From positions 35,769-99,768 of the forward strand of contig JAMPXW010000001.1 of the NCBI GenBank assembly GCA_023701005.1: DNA of 64,000 nt, read 5' to 3'. The position numbers were made by a program, and so were the translations under genes. The notes below the pieces were generated by a model. It did not search any database and was not told the origin of the DNA. It was given only the letters and a program-made list of their open reading frames with translations. Shown piece after piece: positions 47,075 through 56,618 of this stretch. This DNA is from Burkholderiales bacterium. GTDB lineage: Bacteria > Patescibacteriota > Minisyncoccia > Phycocordibacterales > UBA9973. How positions within the stretch are numbered: position 1 is the stretch's first letter; every line of letters starts with the position of its first letter.

Positions 47075-47992
47075 ATGACAGACAATATTCAACAATTAAA
47101 AAGAATATTCTTGGAATATCTAGAAATCGAAAAAGGTTCGAGTCTGAAAACAGTAGAAAATTATGAAAGGTACCTAACTCGCTTTATCAATTTTTCAAAA
47201 GTAGAAAAAGCCAAAGACATCACTGATGACAAAGTGCGCGAATTCAGACTCTTCTTAAATAGACAATCTGGGGTAAAAGTAAAAGGGCAATCTAGCGCAA
47301 CAATGAAGAAAAATACTCAAAATTATTATCTCATTGCTTTGCGTGTGTTTTTAAAATATTTAATCAAACACGAAGTATCGACCCTCTCCCCTGACAGAAT
47401 AGAATTGGCAAAAATAAAAGAAAGAAGTCTGGACCTGATAACCATCGATGAGTTGAATAGATTGCTGAATGGACCAAATGGCTCAGATTTAAAAAACCTC
47501 CGGGATAAAGCAATTCTAGAATTATTTTTTTCTACAGGGCTTCGTGTGTCAGAACTCGCTTCTTTAAATAATGACTTGGATTTATCAAAAGGTGAATTTT
47601 CTATTCGAGGTAAAGGAGAGAAAGTGCGTGTGGTTTTCTTGTCTGACAGTGCAAAGAAAGCTATCAAGGAATATTTACCAAAAAGAAAAGATATGGAAGA
47701 TGCGATGTTTGTGCAAGTATCTACCATAAATAAAAAGAGAGCTTCCAGACTCACTCCAAGATCGATAGAAAGAATAGTAAAACACTATGCCGTAAAAGCG
47801 GGCATATCTAAGAAAGTGACACCTCACATAATACGCCATTCATTCGCCACCGACTTATTACAAAATGGCGCAGACATCAGAAGTGTTCAAATGATGCTCG
47901 GTCATTCAAATATTTCTACAACACAAATCTACACACATATCACAGACAGACAATTATTAGAAGTACATAAAAAATTTCACAGTAGAAAATAA
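47075..47992 (+). CDS. tyrosine site-specific recombinase XerC/XerD family
   Basis: C-terminal HIIRHSFATDLLQNGADIRSVQMMLGHSNISTTQIYTH with the catalytic Tyr. Confidence 0.85.
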   Translation: MTDNIQQLKRIFLEYLEIEKGSSLKTVENYERYLTRFINFSKVEKAKDITDDKVREFRLFLNRQSGVKVKGQSSATMKKNTQNYYLIALRVFLKYLIKHEVSTLSPDRIELAKIKERSLDLITIDELNRLLNGPNGSDLKNLRDKAILELFFSTGLRVSELASLNNDLDLSKGEFSIRGKGEKVRVVFLSDSAKKAIKEYLPKRKDMEDAMFVQVSTINKKRASRLTPRSIERIVKHYAVKAGISKKVTPHIIRHSFATDLLQNGADIRSVQMMLGHSNISTTQIYTHITDRQLLEVHKKFHSRK

Positions 47993-47993
47993 T

Positions 47994-48773
47994 ATGAAAA
48001 TTGTTTCATGGAATACAAACGGTTTGCGTGCAACGGCAAAACAAAATAATTTTTTCCCAATATTTGAGAATGGGAAAGTAGATATTTTATGTTTACAAGA
48101 AACGAAAGTTGAACCCGACCAGCTTCCAGAAAACGTGCGAAACATTCCTAATTATTATTCCTATTTTGCATATTCAAAATTAAGAAAAGGATATAGCGGA
48201 GTCGCAATTTATTCTAAAGAAAAACCAAAAGAAATTTTATACGGAATGGGAATTAAAAAATTTGATGATGAAGGAAGATTATTAATTGCTAAATATAAAA
48301 TAAATAATAAAAAATTAACAATTATTTCTGGATATTTCCCCAATGGAGGACAGGGCCCTCATAGATTAAAATACAAATTAGAGTTTTACGAAACTTTCCT
48401 AAAATTTATTATGAAACTTAGAAAAAATGGTGAAACCGTTATATTTTGCGGTGATATAAACACTGCCCATGAAGCGATAGACCTAGCTCGTCCAAAAGCA
48501 AACGAGGAAAATACTGGCTTCCTTCCCATAGAACGTGCCTGGATTAGTAAGGTAATAAAAAATAATTTTATAGATGTTTTTCGAAAATTTTATCCAGATA
48601 AAATTGGAGCCTACACTTACTGGGATCAAAAGACCAGGGCTCGAGACAGGAACATCGGTTGGCGCTTAGATTATTTTTTCGCAGATTCAAAACTAATATC
48701 ACAAATTAAAAAAACAGGCATGCTCACAGACTACAAAGGTTCAGACCACTGCCCTATTTATATAGAACTATAA
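47994..48773 (+). CDS. xth: exodeoxyribonuclease III (AP endonuclease)
   Basis: ILCLQETK, GDINTAH and C-terminal SDHCPIYIEL. Confidence 0.85.
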   Translation: MKIVSWNTNGLRATAKQNNFFPIFENGKVDILCLQETKVEPDQLPENVRNIPNYYSYFAYSKLRKGYSGVAIYSKEKPKEILYGMGIKKFDDEGRLLIAKYKINNKKLTIISGYFPNGGQGPHRLKYKLEFYETFLKFIMKLRKNGETVIFCGDINTAHEAIDLARPKANEENTGFLPIERAWISKVIKNNFIDVFRKFYPDKIGAYTYWDQKTRARDRNIGWRLDYFFADSKLISQIKKTGMLTDYKGSDHCPIYIEL

Positions 48774-48781
48774 TTTAAAAT

Positions 48782-48822
48782 AAAAATAGCCCGCACTAAC
48801 ATGCGGGCTAAATATTTCACTA
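48782..48822. repeat. 41-bp hairpin repeat, copy 1: AAAAATAGCCCGCACTAACATGCGGGCTAAATATTTCACTA (terminator-like)
   Basis: Near-identical to 49429..49469. Confidence 0.5.
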
Positions 48823-49347
48823 CTTATTGTGTTTCTTTAATAATTCTCCAGCCAATCTTAAATTAATATCATTAATTATCCGATCAAGATATTCCGGCAA
48901 AATAGGAGTTTCGTAATCTGAAGAATTCATGTGAATTCTAAAATTAACTTCAAAATTCCTACACCTTTCAACAAGAGAAATTGGCCCAGCTGAAACAAAA
49001 AGATGCAAAGGTTTTTCTGGGTCCTCTTTATCTTTGTTTTCTAAAGACAAGGTCACACTCTTGCTAGAAATTAATCTTGCATATGGAGTTTTGAGAGTTT
49101 CCTCTGACATATCCATTGTCGATAGAAAATGTTTCTCTCCAAAAGAACCAGACGATCCAAATCCTATTTCTGTCTCCATATTTCCATCTTCGATAGAAAC
49201 ATTCGTGACTTTAAAAAATGGATAATTAGATTCTTTTTTAAGGGAATTAAAAACATCATAAACAGCAAAGAAAAGTTTTTCTCCTAAAATAGAATCCACC
49301 TTCAAAACTGATAAAAATTTATCAGAAAATATGATTCTCATAAACAC
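48820..49347 (-). CDS. hypothetical 175-aa protein bracketed by the two hairpin repeats
   Basis: ORF with no recognisable motif. Confidence 0.4.
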   Translation of the reverse strand: MFMRIIFSDKFLSVLKVDSILGEKLFFAVYDVFNSLKKESNYPFFKVTNVSIEDGNMETEIGFGSSGSFGEKHFLSTMDMSEETLKTPYARLISSKSVTLSLENKDKEDPEKPLHLFVSAGPISLVERCRNFEVNFRIHMNSSDYETPILPEYLDRIINDINLRLAGELLKKHNK

Positions 49348-49428
49348 CTCATTTTATTTTGAAAAGAATTTTTTTATTTCAAATAAACATTACCACCGAT
49401 TTTGGTACCAGTCAATGCAGGTTTTTTA

Positions 49429-49469
49429 TAAAAATAGCCCGCACTAACATGCGGGCTAAATACTTCACT
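49429..49469. repeat. 41-bp hairpin repeat, copy 2 (one mismatch versus copy 1)
   Basis: Seen directly. Confidence 0.5.
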
Positions 49470-49983
49470 AAACATTAAATTTAAAATAAATTGCCACCTT
49501 TTTGGCTTCGGCGGCCAGATCTCCTTTCTGTTGTACAATAAATTTACAAAACCAATCCAAATATTCTAGACTCCTAAAGCCTAACCCCCAATTTACACTC
49601 TCCAACAGAGAAAATTTTTGTTTAGAAATATGATACATCATATCTCTCGTCATTATAACTTTGCCTTCTTCTAGAAGAGAAGAAACAAAATTAGAAAACC
49701 TAGAAAACGATTCTTTATACTCTCCTGCTTTCATTTCCAGAGATCCAATTGTTTTCAACACATGATTTCTCTGTTCTTGAAAAGAAAGAATATCATCATC
49801 TAGAGAGAAACCAAAAATCTCAAAAAAAATTTTCTTTTCTTTCTCTAGTTCTTCTTTTTCTTGTACTTTTTTCTCACTTTCTCTTTTAGCTTTTAATATT
49901 GGATTAATTCTCCAAAAAAAATAAAAAGCAAAAAGTATTATACCGACAGTAACAACAACGGAAATAACATTCGAGAGTTCCAT
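49468..49983 (-). CDS. hypothetical N-terminally anchored protein
   Basis: 171-aa ORF with TM VISVVVTVGIILFAFYFFW. Confidence 0.4.
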   Translation of the reverse strand: MELSNVISVVVTVGIILFAFYFFWRINPILKAKRESEKKVQEKEELEKEKKIFFEIFGFSLDDDILSFQEQRNHVLKTIGSLEMKAGEYKESFSRFSNFVSSLLEEGKVIMTRDMMYHISKQKFSLLESVNWGLGFRSLEYLDWFCKFIVQQKGDLAAEAKKVAIYFKFNV

Positions 49984-50063
49984 AATTTACTCCTTTTGAC
50001 AATGATCAAATTGCTTATTTAAATAAACATTACTACTACTTTACTTGTTCGTCAATACAAGTT

Positions 50064-51026
50064 TTAAAGCTTCACGACTTCTACTTTGGAGTTTTTGCCA
50101 GCCTCGCCTTTAGCAAGTCTAGGCGGGCCAAACCATTTTTGAGATAACTTTTTTATATTGGGAGTGATATCTGTGACGAGGATTCTAGCCTTTTTATTTT
50201 TTGAAAGTCTTTTTTCTAGCTCTTGATGTCGTGATAGATATTCTTTTAATTTTTTAGGAATTATTTCATCTTGAGAAATCACTACAACCTTTTTACCCAA
50301 AATTTTCTTAATCTCATTTTTATAAAAAGGATAATGTGTACAACCGAGGACCAAGGCATCCAATTTTTTATTAAGGAAAGGTTTTAAATATTTTTTTATA
50401 AATTGTATAGCCAAAGCTTTCTCCCCTTCTTCTATGAGTGGCACGAGCATTGGTGCAGAATTTTGAAATACTCGTGTATTTTTAGAAAAAGAATGGTTTG
50501 TTCTTTTTTCGGTATACGCAATATTAGTTTCGTTAACCACATTCAAGTTCGAGTGCGAGCCGTGAAAAAGAACTAAATCATTCTTTTTCTTTTTCAAATT
50601 AACCTTTTTAATCTCATCTGGAAAAGTATTTGAATTTATTGTCCCTGTTGTCCCAAGTATCCCAACCTTTTCATATTTTGCTGCTTCTTCTGCTGCAGGT
50701 ATGAGCACACCTAAAATTTTTCTCTCATGTTCACCCATCAATCTACGAGTATTATTATAATCTACTAAATATTCTTGTTGAATTCTTCTTAATGCTCTTG
50801 CTGAAGATGTATTGCAAGCAATGATAACGAGTGCACAATTTTCCTTCTTAAATAGATAATTCATCGCTTCTTTCGTAAATTCATATACAGCGTCATGAGA
50901 ACGATTGCCGTAAGGCACCCTCTTTGTATCACCTAAATATACATAATCATATTCTGGCATGGCTTTCCGTATAGCTTTCGCAATAATCAATCCACCTAGC
51001 CCCGAATCAAAAATCCCAATTTTCAT
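50064..51026 (-). CDS. murI: glutamate racemase carrying a ~45-aa in-frame insertion
   Basis: IGIFDSGLGGL, ACNTSSA and LGCTHYP motifs. An extra segment KKNDLVLFHGSHSNLNVVNETNIAYTEKRTNHSFSKNTRVFQNSAP sits between conserved blocks. Confidence 0.85.
   Translation of the reverse strand: MKIGIFDSGLGGLIIAKAIRKAMPEYDYVYLGDTKRVPYGNRSHDAVYEFTKEAMNYLFKKENCALVIIACNTSSARALRRIQQEYLVDYNNTRRLMGEHERKILGVLIPAAEEAAKYEKVGILGTTGTINSNTFPDEIKKVNLKKKKNDLVLFHGSHSNLNVVNETNIAYTEKRTNHSFSKNTRVFQNSAPMLVPLIEEGEKALAIQFIKKYLKPFLNKKLDALVLGCTHYPFYKNEIKKILGKKVVVISQDEIIPKKLKEYLSRHQELEKRLSKNKKARILVTDITPNIKKLSQKWFGPPRLAKGEAGKNSKVEVVKL
50499..50570. repeat. ~70-bp repeat, copy 2, inside the murI coding sequence and in frame
   Basis: About 88% identity to 30422..30492. 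Confidence 0.5.
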
Positions 51027-51046
51027 ATATTAGTATCTTAACACAA

Positions 51047-51853
51047 TTATTTTTTAATTTTTATCTCTGAATCTAACCTTTCGGCCTCTTTCCATGCTAA
51101 TTCATAAATTTTTTTCATAGCGTCTGCAATCTCAGCACTCTCTATTATAATTCCCAATTTTTCTCTCCATGATGCAATCATTATTTTATTATTATAAATA
51201 TTTATCTCTGGATGAAACCCAAATTCTTCACTAGGGACCAAAAGAGATTCCCGAATTTCTTCTTTATCCAAATCCGCACGATTTCGAGCTTCTTTTGATT
51301 CCGGGAAAATCGCTCTTATTTTTATACCTTTTCTTGCTCGTCTTTTATAATATTCTGGAAAATAATTAGGCAAAGTTGATTCCACGTCTTCCACACTTGC
51401 ATAAGCAAGAATCTCTTCAGTAGAAGTCAGCGTGTCCTCATAAACTTTTTGAAGTCCTTCTTTCCCCTCGTAAAACAAAACTTTCGGCCTATCTGTCATA
51501 TTATGTATTGATTTTAATTCAGGAATAATTTTTCGAGCTTCGTTAATACAAGATTGGTCATTCTCAATCTTTTTCAAAAGCATTTTTTCTATTTGATCTG
51601 GTGATTCAGCCACATATTCTTGTTTTGGCTCTTTCCCCGAAACTTTTACAAGTTCTTTTGATTCAAGAGAAGATAAAATATGATACCCAGTAGGACGATT
51701 TATACCTGCTTTTTTAGAAATCTGTGTGACAGTTCCTTTTCCTAATTCCAATAGAGCTAAATAGACTAAAACTTCCTTTTCAGAAAAGCCAATATATCCT
51801 AAAGTTTTCTTTAAACTCAAATTCTCATTTTCCATATTGTTATTATATTCCAA
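51047..51853 (-). CDS. TrmB-family transcriptional regulator
   Basis: N-terminal wHTH (LGKGTVTQISKKAGINRPTGYHILSSLESKELV) and a C-terminal TrmB-like domain. Confidence 0.65.
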   Translation of the reverse strand: MEYNNNMENENLSLKKTLGYIGFSEKEVLVYLALLELGKGTVTQISKKAGINRPTGYHILSSLESKELVKVSGKEPKQEYVAESPDQIEKMLLKKIENDQSCINEARKIIPELKSIHNMTDRPKVLFYEGKEGLQKVYEDTLTSTEEILAYASVEDVESTLPNYFPEYYKRRARKGIKIRAIFPESKEARNRADLDKEEIRESLLVPSEEFGFHPEINIYNNKIMIASWREKLGIIIESAEIADAMKKIYELAWKEAERLDSEIKIKK

Positions 51854-52014
51854 GCCCCATATTTTGTCAATCTATGCGAACAAAATTTATAGTATTAATT
51901 TTTATCCTTATAAATAAGCTTATTTATTCACAGATTTTGCTCATACTACTTGACAATTACTTCTAATCTGCTATACTTGTGTTAAATAATGTTATTCACA
52001 AAAAGAGGTTACAA

Positions 52015-52158
52015 TGATAACAATTTCAGAAGAATTATTGTTATTTTTAAAAGTTATTTCTTGGTTTATAATTGCTCCAATTGTTACCCTTATCTGGGTA
52101 GACATAATTACTGGAATAAATTCAAAGAAATACACTTTTAAATTTAAAAAACGATAAG
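52015..52158 (+). CDS. unannotated 47-aa hydrophobic peptide MITISEELLLFLKVISWFIIAPIVTLIWVDIITGINSKKYTFKFKKR
   Basis: Hand-read ORF with an AAGAGG RBS 5 nt upstream. Below the track cutoff. Confidence 0.25.
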
Positions 52159-52190
52159 TTGTGAAAAGTTCTTTAAAAAAGGAGTAAAAA

Positions 52191-52616
52191 ATGGAAGACG
52201 ATGTATACAAAACCGAAAAATTTAGAAGCGAGGCTATTCGTAATTTTTTAAGTTATCAAACAATCAAATATAATTTGACAAACGTAGCAACCTTGCAAAG
52301 AGAATTCTATCCAATAGTTTTTGAAAAAGAAGAATGTTCTATTGGTGAGATACAACTTAAAGACGGTTCTATTTACCTATGTGATGCAATCGTACCAAAC
52401 TCTGAAATTAAAAACGTATTGCTTGAGGTAAAAAGAATAAAAGACGAATGGTTAATCATTATGTCTGTTAATTTTTTTGGTTTAAAACTTTGTGTCCATC
52501 TTACAAAAGAAAAGAACGAATATCCCATTGATGGGCCAATAACGATAAAACCTAGGTTTAAAATAATTTGCAAGGCAGACGATTCATCTCTACATAGAAA
52601 TGACAATATGCCTTAA
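52191..52616 (+). CDS. hypothetical 141-aa protein
   Basis: ORF with an AGGAG RBS. Confidence 0.4.
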   Translation: MEDDVYKTEKFRSEAIRNFLSYQTIKYNLTNVATLQREFYPIVFEKEECSIGEIQLKDGSIYLCDAIVPNSEIKNVLLEVKRIKDEWLIIMSVNFFGLKLCVHLTKEKNEYPIDGPITIKPRFKIICKADDSSLHRNDNMP

Positions 52617-52711
52617 TTTTAGTTAATTTTTAGATTCGAGAAGGAATTACAAAAATTCTTTCTCGACTTTATAAAGTTAATAAAAAGGATTATTATTAAT
52701 ATATAAACAAA

Positions 52712-54379
52712 ATGAATAAAATTTGCAAAACATGCAAGAAAAGATTTGAAATGGATGAGGGAGATCTAAATTTTTATGAAAAAATGAAGTCTCCTCCACC
52801 AAATTATTGTCCAGAATGTCGTGTAGCACGTAGACTCGCTTTTCGTAATGAAAGAACTTTATATAAAAGAACTTGTAGTAAAAGTGGCAAACCAATAATA
52901 TCTATCTATCCTGAAAATACACCCTTCCCCGTTTACGACCAACATTTTTGGTGGGGAGATGATTGGGAAGCACTAGATTATGGGCAAGACTATAATCCAA
53001 ACAAAACTTTTTTCGAACAATTTCTTGAACTTAGAAATAAAATCCCGAGAATATCTTTGTTAAACATCAACGGAGTAAACAGTGATTATGTAAATAATTC
53101 AGAAGACAATAAAAATTGTTACCTTCTGTTTGCGGCACAGAAAAATGAAGATTGTATGTATGGTAGGTTGGTGTATAGAAGTCGTTTCGTTATTGATAGT
53201 GATTTCGTTCAAGATTCAGAGCTCTGTTACGACTGCATAGATTGCAGGAATTGTTATAATTGTTTACTTTGTGACAATTGCGAGACGAGCACTGACTTAG
53301 TCTCTTGTTTTAATTTAAAAGATTGCCAAAACTGCATTTTCTCAACAAATCTAAGACATAAAAATTATCACATTTTTAATAAACCATTTTCAAAAGAGGA
53401 ATTTGAAGAAAAGAAAAAAGAAATTTTATCTTCATATTCTAATTTAGAAAAAGCAAAAGAGGAATTTGAAGAATTTAAAAAGAAAGCCATTGTGAAATAT
53501 TCTTATCAAGTTAAATGCCATAACGCCACTGGTGATTATATGTACAATTGCCATGATGTTAAGCATGGCTTTGATACTGAAAATTCTAAAAACTGTAGAT
53601 ATGTGGCAGACGCAGAAAGTACGATAGATTGTTGGGATATGAATAATACATATTACAAACCAGAGCTCAATCTAGACGTGATGGGAGCACTGCAAACATA
53701 TAATGTTAAACATTCAGTCTATGCGTTAACTTCAAGTAATATTGAATATTGTGACAGTGTGCACAATTGCGAAAGCTGTTTTGGTTGTGTTGGTTTAAAA
53801 AAGAAAAAATATTGTATTTTGAATAAACAATACACAAAAGAAGAATATGAAAAATTAAAAAAAGAAATAGTAGAGAATATGAAAAAAGAAGGGATCTATG
53901 GAGATTTTATTTCCCCAGAATTATCTCCTTTTGGTTATAATGAAACTCTTGCACAAAACTATATGCCTCTAACAAAAGAAATAGCAAAAGAAAGAGGTTT
54001 CAACTGGCAAGAAGAAACTACAGGAACTTATGGCAAAGAAACAATGGCAAAGATACCTGAAACAATAGAAGAAATAACTGAAGACCCGTCTACAGACGAG
54101 GCAAGTATTTTGAAAGAAATTTTAGTATGTGAAGAATGTAAGAAAAATTTTAGAATAACAAAAGCTGAATTAGATTTTTACAAAAGGATGAATATTCCTT
54201 TACCTCATAAAGATTTCGAATGCAGGCACAGAGAAAGAATGTCTAAAAGAAATCCTCGAAAACTCTGGAATAGGAAATGCATGAAAGACGGTTGTCAAAA
54301 TGAATTTGAAACAGCCTATTCCCCAGATAGATCTGAAATAGTATATTGTGAATCTTGTTATCAACAAGAAATTTATTAA
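52712..54379 (+). CDS. 555-aa Cys-rich protein; paralog of 42047..43765
   Basis: Shares the N- and C-terminal zinc-ribbon-like modules and internal CxxC repeats with the other copy. Confidence 0.6.
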   Translation: MNKICKTCKKRFEMDEGDLNFYEKMKSPPPNYCPECRVARRLAFRNERTLYKRTCSKSGKPIISIYPENTPFPVYDQHFWWGDDWEALDYGQDYNPNKTFFEQFLELRNKIPRISLLNINGVNSDYVNNSEDNKNCYLLFAAQKNEDCMYGRLVYRSRFVIDSDFVQDSELCYDCIDCRNCYNCLLCDNCETSTDLVSCFNLKDCQNCIFSTNLRHKNYHIFNKPFSKEEFEEKKKEILSSYSNLEKAKEEFEEFKKKAIVKYSYQVKCHNATGDYMYNCHDVKHGFDTENSKNCRYVADAESTIDCWDMNNTYYKPELNLDVMGALQTYNVKHSVYALTSSNIEYCDSVHNCESCFGCVGLKKKKYCILNKQYTKEEYEKLKKEIVENMKKEGIYGDFISPELSPFGYNETLAQNYMPLTKEIAKERGFNWQEETTGTYGKETMAKIPETIEEITEDPSTDEASILKEILVCEECKKNFRITKAELDFYKRMNIPLPHKDFECRHRERMSKRNPRKLWNRKCMKDGCQNEFETAYSPDRSEIVYCESCYQQEIY

Positions 54380-54389
54380 TCCTCTCCTT

Positions 54390-54445
54390 CCCCGAAGCCC
54401 AGCTTCGGGGAAAATAAAATCCCCCAAATTTTTATTTTTTGGGGG
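54390..54445. terminator. tandem hairpins CCCCGAAGC-CCA-GCTTCGGGG and CCCCCAAA-T-rich-TTTGGGGG
   Basis: Seen directly after the Cys-rich gene. The second hairpin overlaps the stop of the convergent ORF. Confidence 0.55.
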
Positions 54446-54866
54446 TTTGTAATGGATGCTTTTCAATTTCTTTTGAAAGTTTTTCAGAAATAACTTTAAT
54501 GAAATCCCAAACATTATCGCTATGATCAATATAATCGTGACAATCTGTGCCAAAAGAAGCATTAATCTCAAAATAATTAATAAAGTCCACAGGATTTATA
54601 GGACCTACTTTAAGATACATATCACCAGACAATGCTCCTCTGCGGTAGAATTTTAAAAAGAATTTAGTTTCTCCCAGGAAAATAATCTCAGAATTTTCAT
54701 AACTTAAAAAGGTATCGCCTGCCACTATCTCGAGAGAAAGAGGGGTGATACCCGATATAAATTCTTTATCCTTTGTCTCCTCTAAAAATTTTTTTAAGAA
54801 ATTTTTTACACAAAATAATACTTTTTCTCCTTTTAGCTGAGCTCCTTTCAAAAAGAAAACCTTCAT
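54432..54866 (-). CDS. hypothetical 144-aa protein
   Basis: ORF only. Confidence 0.35.
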   Translation of the reverse strand: MKVFFLKGAQLKGEKVLFCVKNFLKKFLEETKDKEFISGITPLSLEIVAGDTFLSYENSEIIFLGETKFFLKFYRRGALSGDMYLKVGPINPVDFINYFEINASFGTDCHDYIDHSDNVWDFIKVISEKLSKEIEKHPLQTPKK

Positions 54867-55016
54867 GACGATCTCCTACGTCTTGTTTTGTTATAGTTGT
54901 TTAAACAGCTTTTTATTCTAAATTTATTCTACTAAATAAATTAAATATGTCAAGATGCTTATAAACACAAACAAAAAGCCCCCGAATCTTTAAAAAGATC
55001 GGGGGCACCGTATTTT

Positions 55017-56117
55017 TTACTTATTTTTGAAAGTAGTCAAAATATCTTTGAACTCTTTCATTTCCATAGAAAATTCACCTTCTACATTTAAGCCTTTTTC
55101 ATAACTTATCTGCAAACGTGTAATTTTCATTACTGACTCCACTTTTGATTCTGAAACAGATTTTTCTTTTGTTTCAACAACCGGTGCTGAAACTCTTTCA
55201 TCTGCCATTTCTTCCAAATTAATCTCTTCTTGTGGCATTGTTATGCCGTGAGAAATTTGTTTGATTTCTTCAGGAGAAATTCTGTCTACATTGATTATGC
55301 TGCCAGTTTCTAATTCTTTTTCATTCTGAATAAGAAATATGCCATCAAATTCAGCATCTACTGCTGTATATAATGGATTAAAACATGCTGCTTGGCAAAC
55401 CATTTGTTTTAACTCTTCTTCTCCTTCAAACAACACATAAGCCAAATATCCTGGTTCATTTTTAAAATTTGAAACAACATTTGAACCATCAGCAAAGAAA
55501 GAAACAAATCTACCAGTAATCCATCCTTTCAAAACTTCTCCAATTATTCGAAACTTTCTATGAAAAGTGCGAGTCGTTACCAACTCTATGTCTTTTCTCA
55601 TTTGTTCTTTGGTGATTGTCTCAAAGGCTGGAGCTTCATCAATCATCGGAGGTCCTGCTTGGACAGATGTTTCTACAACAGCAGCTTCTGCAATTTGTGA
55701 TTGTTTCCTTATTCTCTCTGCTATCAAGGCAATAATAGTAGCACAAAGAAGAATCAACAAAATTAACATAGCTGAGTCATCTTCTTTCTTGTGAGATATC
55801 TTAAAAGTTGGAGAATCTTTGTAATTCCCTGTCTTTTCTCTTAATGCTTTAACAGCTGCAGCCCACTTAGAATTAACTTCAATCGGGTCCGCTATGTAAA
55901 AAGTTTTTTCTCCTCCCAAAGAAACAAAAATCGTATCACCAACATCAAGACTATCGTGGTTTGGTGAAGGATTAATATTTTTTATTTCCAACCATTTTTG
56001 GCCAACATTGAATGCTGGGCCAGTTTCTCCGCCAGGTGCTTTTTGAGCATAGGTAAAAGAAAACGATGCAATTAACAACATTGCAAGAACGAATATTGAT
56101 TTTACAAAGGACTTCAT
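55017..56117 (-). CDS. hypothetical bitopic membrane protein (signal peptide, ~120-aa exodomain, TM, ~230-aa cytoplasmic domain)
   Basis: MKSFVKSIFVLAMLLIASFSFTYAQ and a central TM MLILLILLCATIIALIA. Confidence 0.45.
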   Translation of the reverse strand: MKSFVKSIFVLAMLLIASFSFTYAQKAPGGETGPAFNVGQKWLEIKNINPSPNHDSLDVGDTIFVSLGGEKTFYIADPIEVNSKWAAAVKALREKTGNYKDSPTFKISHKKEDDSAMLILLILLCATIIALIAERIRKQSQIAEAAVVETSVQAGPPMIDEAPAFETITKEQMRKDIELVTTRTFHRKFRIIGEVLKGWITGRFVSFFADGSNVVSNFKNEPGYLAYVLFEGEEELKQMVCQAACFNPLYTAVDAEFDGIFLIQNEKELETGSIINVDRISPEEIKQISHGITMPQEEINLEEMADERVSAPVVETKEKSVSESKVESVMKITRLQISYEKGLNVEGEFSMEMKEFKDILTTFKNK

Positions 56118-56327
56118 AAAACCTCCTTAGGTTTTTATTTTTTGGGTCTTGAAGAAGGTCAGATTGGCTTTATTCCCTTCTATTATTTTCACCCAAATTA
56201 ATTATTTTATACCAATCTAATATATAAAGTATAGCATATTCAGACCCTTTTGTCAAGGGATTGACGGCTCTAAAAAACACGCACATAATATAGATATATT
56301 AATAACTAACAAAATACTAATCAATTT

Positions 56328-56618
56328 ATGATCAGATGTATAGAAAGTACAATGTGGGGCAAAAATTTAAATCATAAATATATTTTATGGATTTATAATC
56401 ATGCAATAGAATTAGGATTAAAAGGAATTGTATTTTTAAAAAATGATGGAAGTATAAAGATAGTAGCTGAAGGAGAAGAAAACAATCTCCTTTTTTTTGT
56501 GAAGAAATTAAAACATGGAAGGTTCTTGATTCCCTTCTTTTCCCCTATTGAAAATTTCTCTGTACTTTGGCATGAGGCCAGAAATGAATTTGAAGATTTC
56601 TCTATCAGCGAAACTTAA
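56328..56618 (+). CDS. acylphosphatase-like domain protein with degenerate N-terminal catalytic motif
   Basis: LGLKGIVFLKNDGSIKIVAEGEENNLLFFVKKLKHG matches the acylphosphatase fold core. The VxGxVQGVxFR motif is absent. Confidence 0.5.
   Translation: MIRCIESTMWGKNLNHKYILWIYNHAIELGLKGIVFLKNDGSIKIVAEGEENNLLFFVKKLKHGRFLIPFFSPIENFSVLWHEARNEFEDFSISET

Noticed and set aside
47075-49983. xerC/D plus flanking repeats as an integrated prophage or integrative element.
   Set aside because: There is only a single Xer-type recombinase with housekeeping xth. No phage structural or replication genes are present and the repeats are not att-like. This is more likely the chromosomal dimer-resolution recombinase.
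51992-52210. 72-aa minus-strand ORF between trmB and the 141-aa gene.
   Set aside because: It is antisense to the better-supported plus-strand 47-aa ORF with RBS, and its composition is odd.
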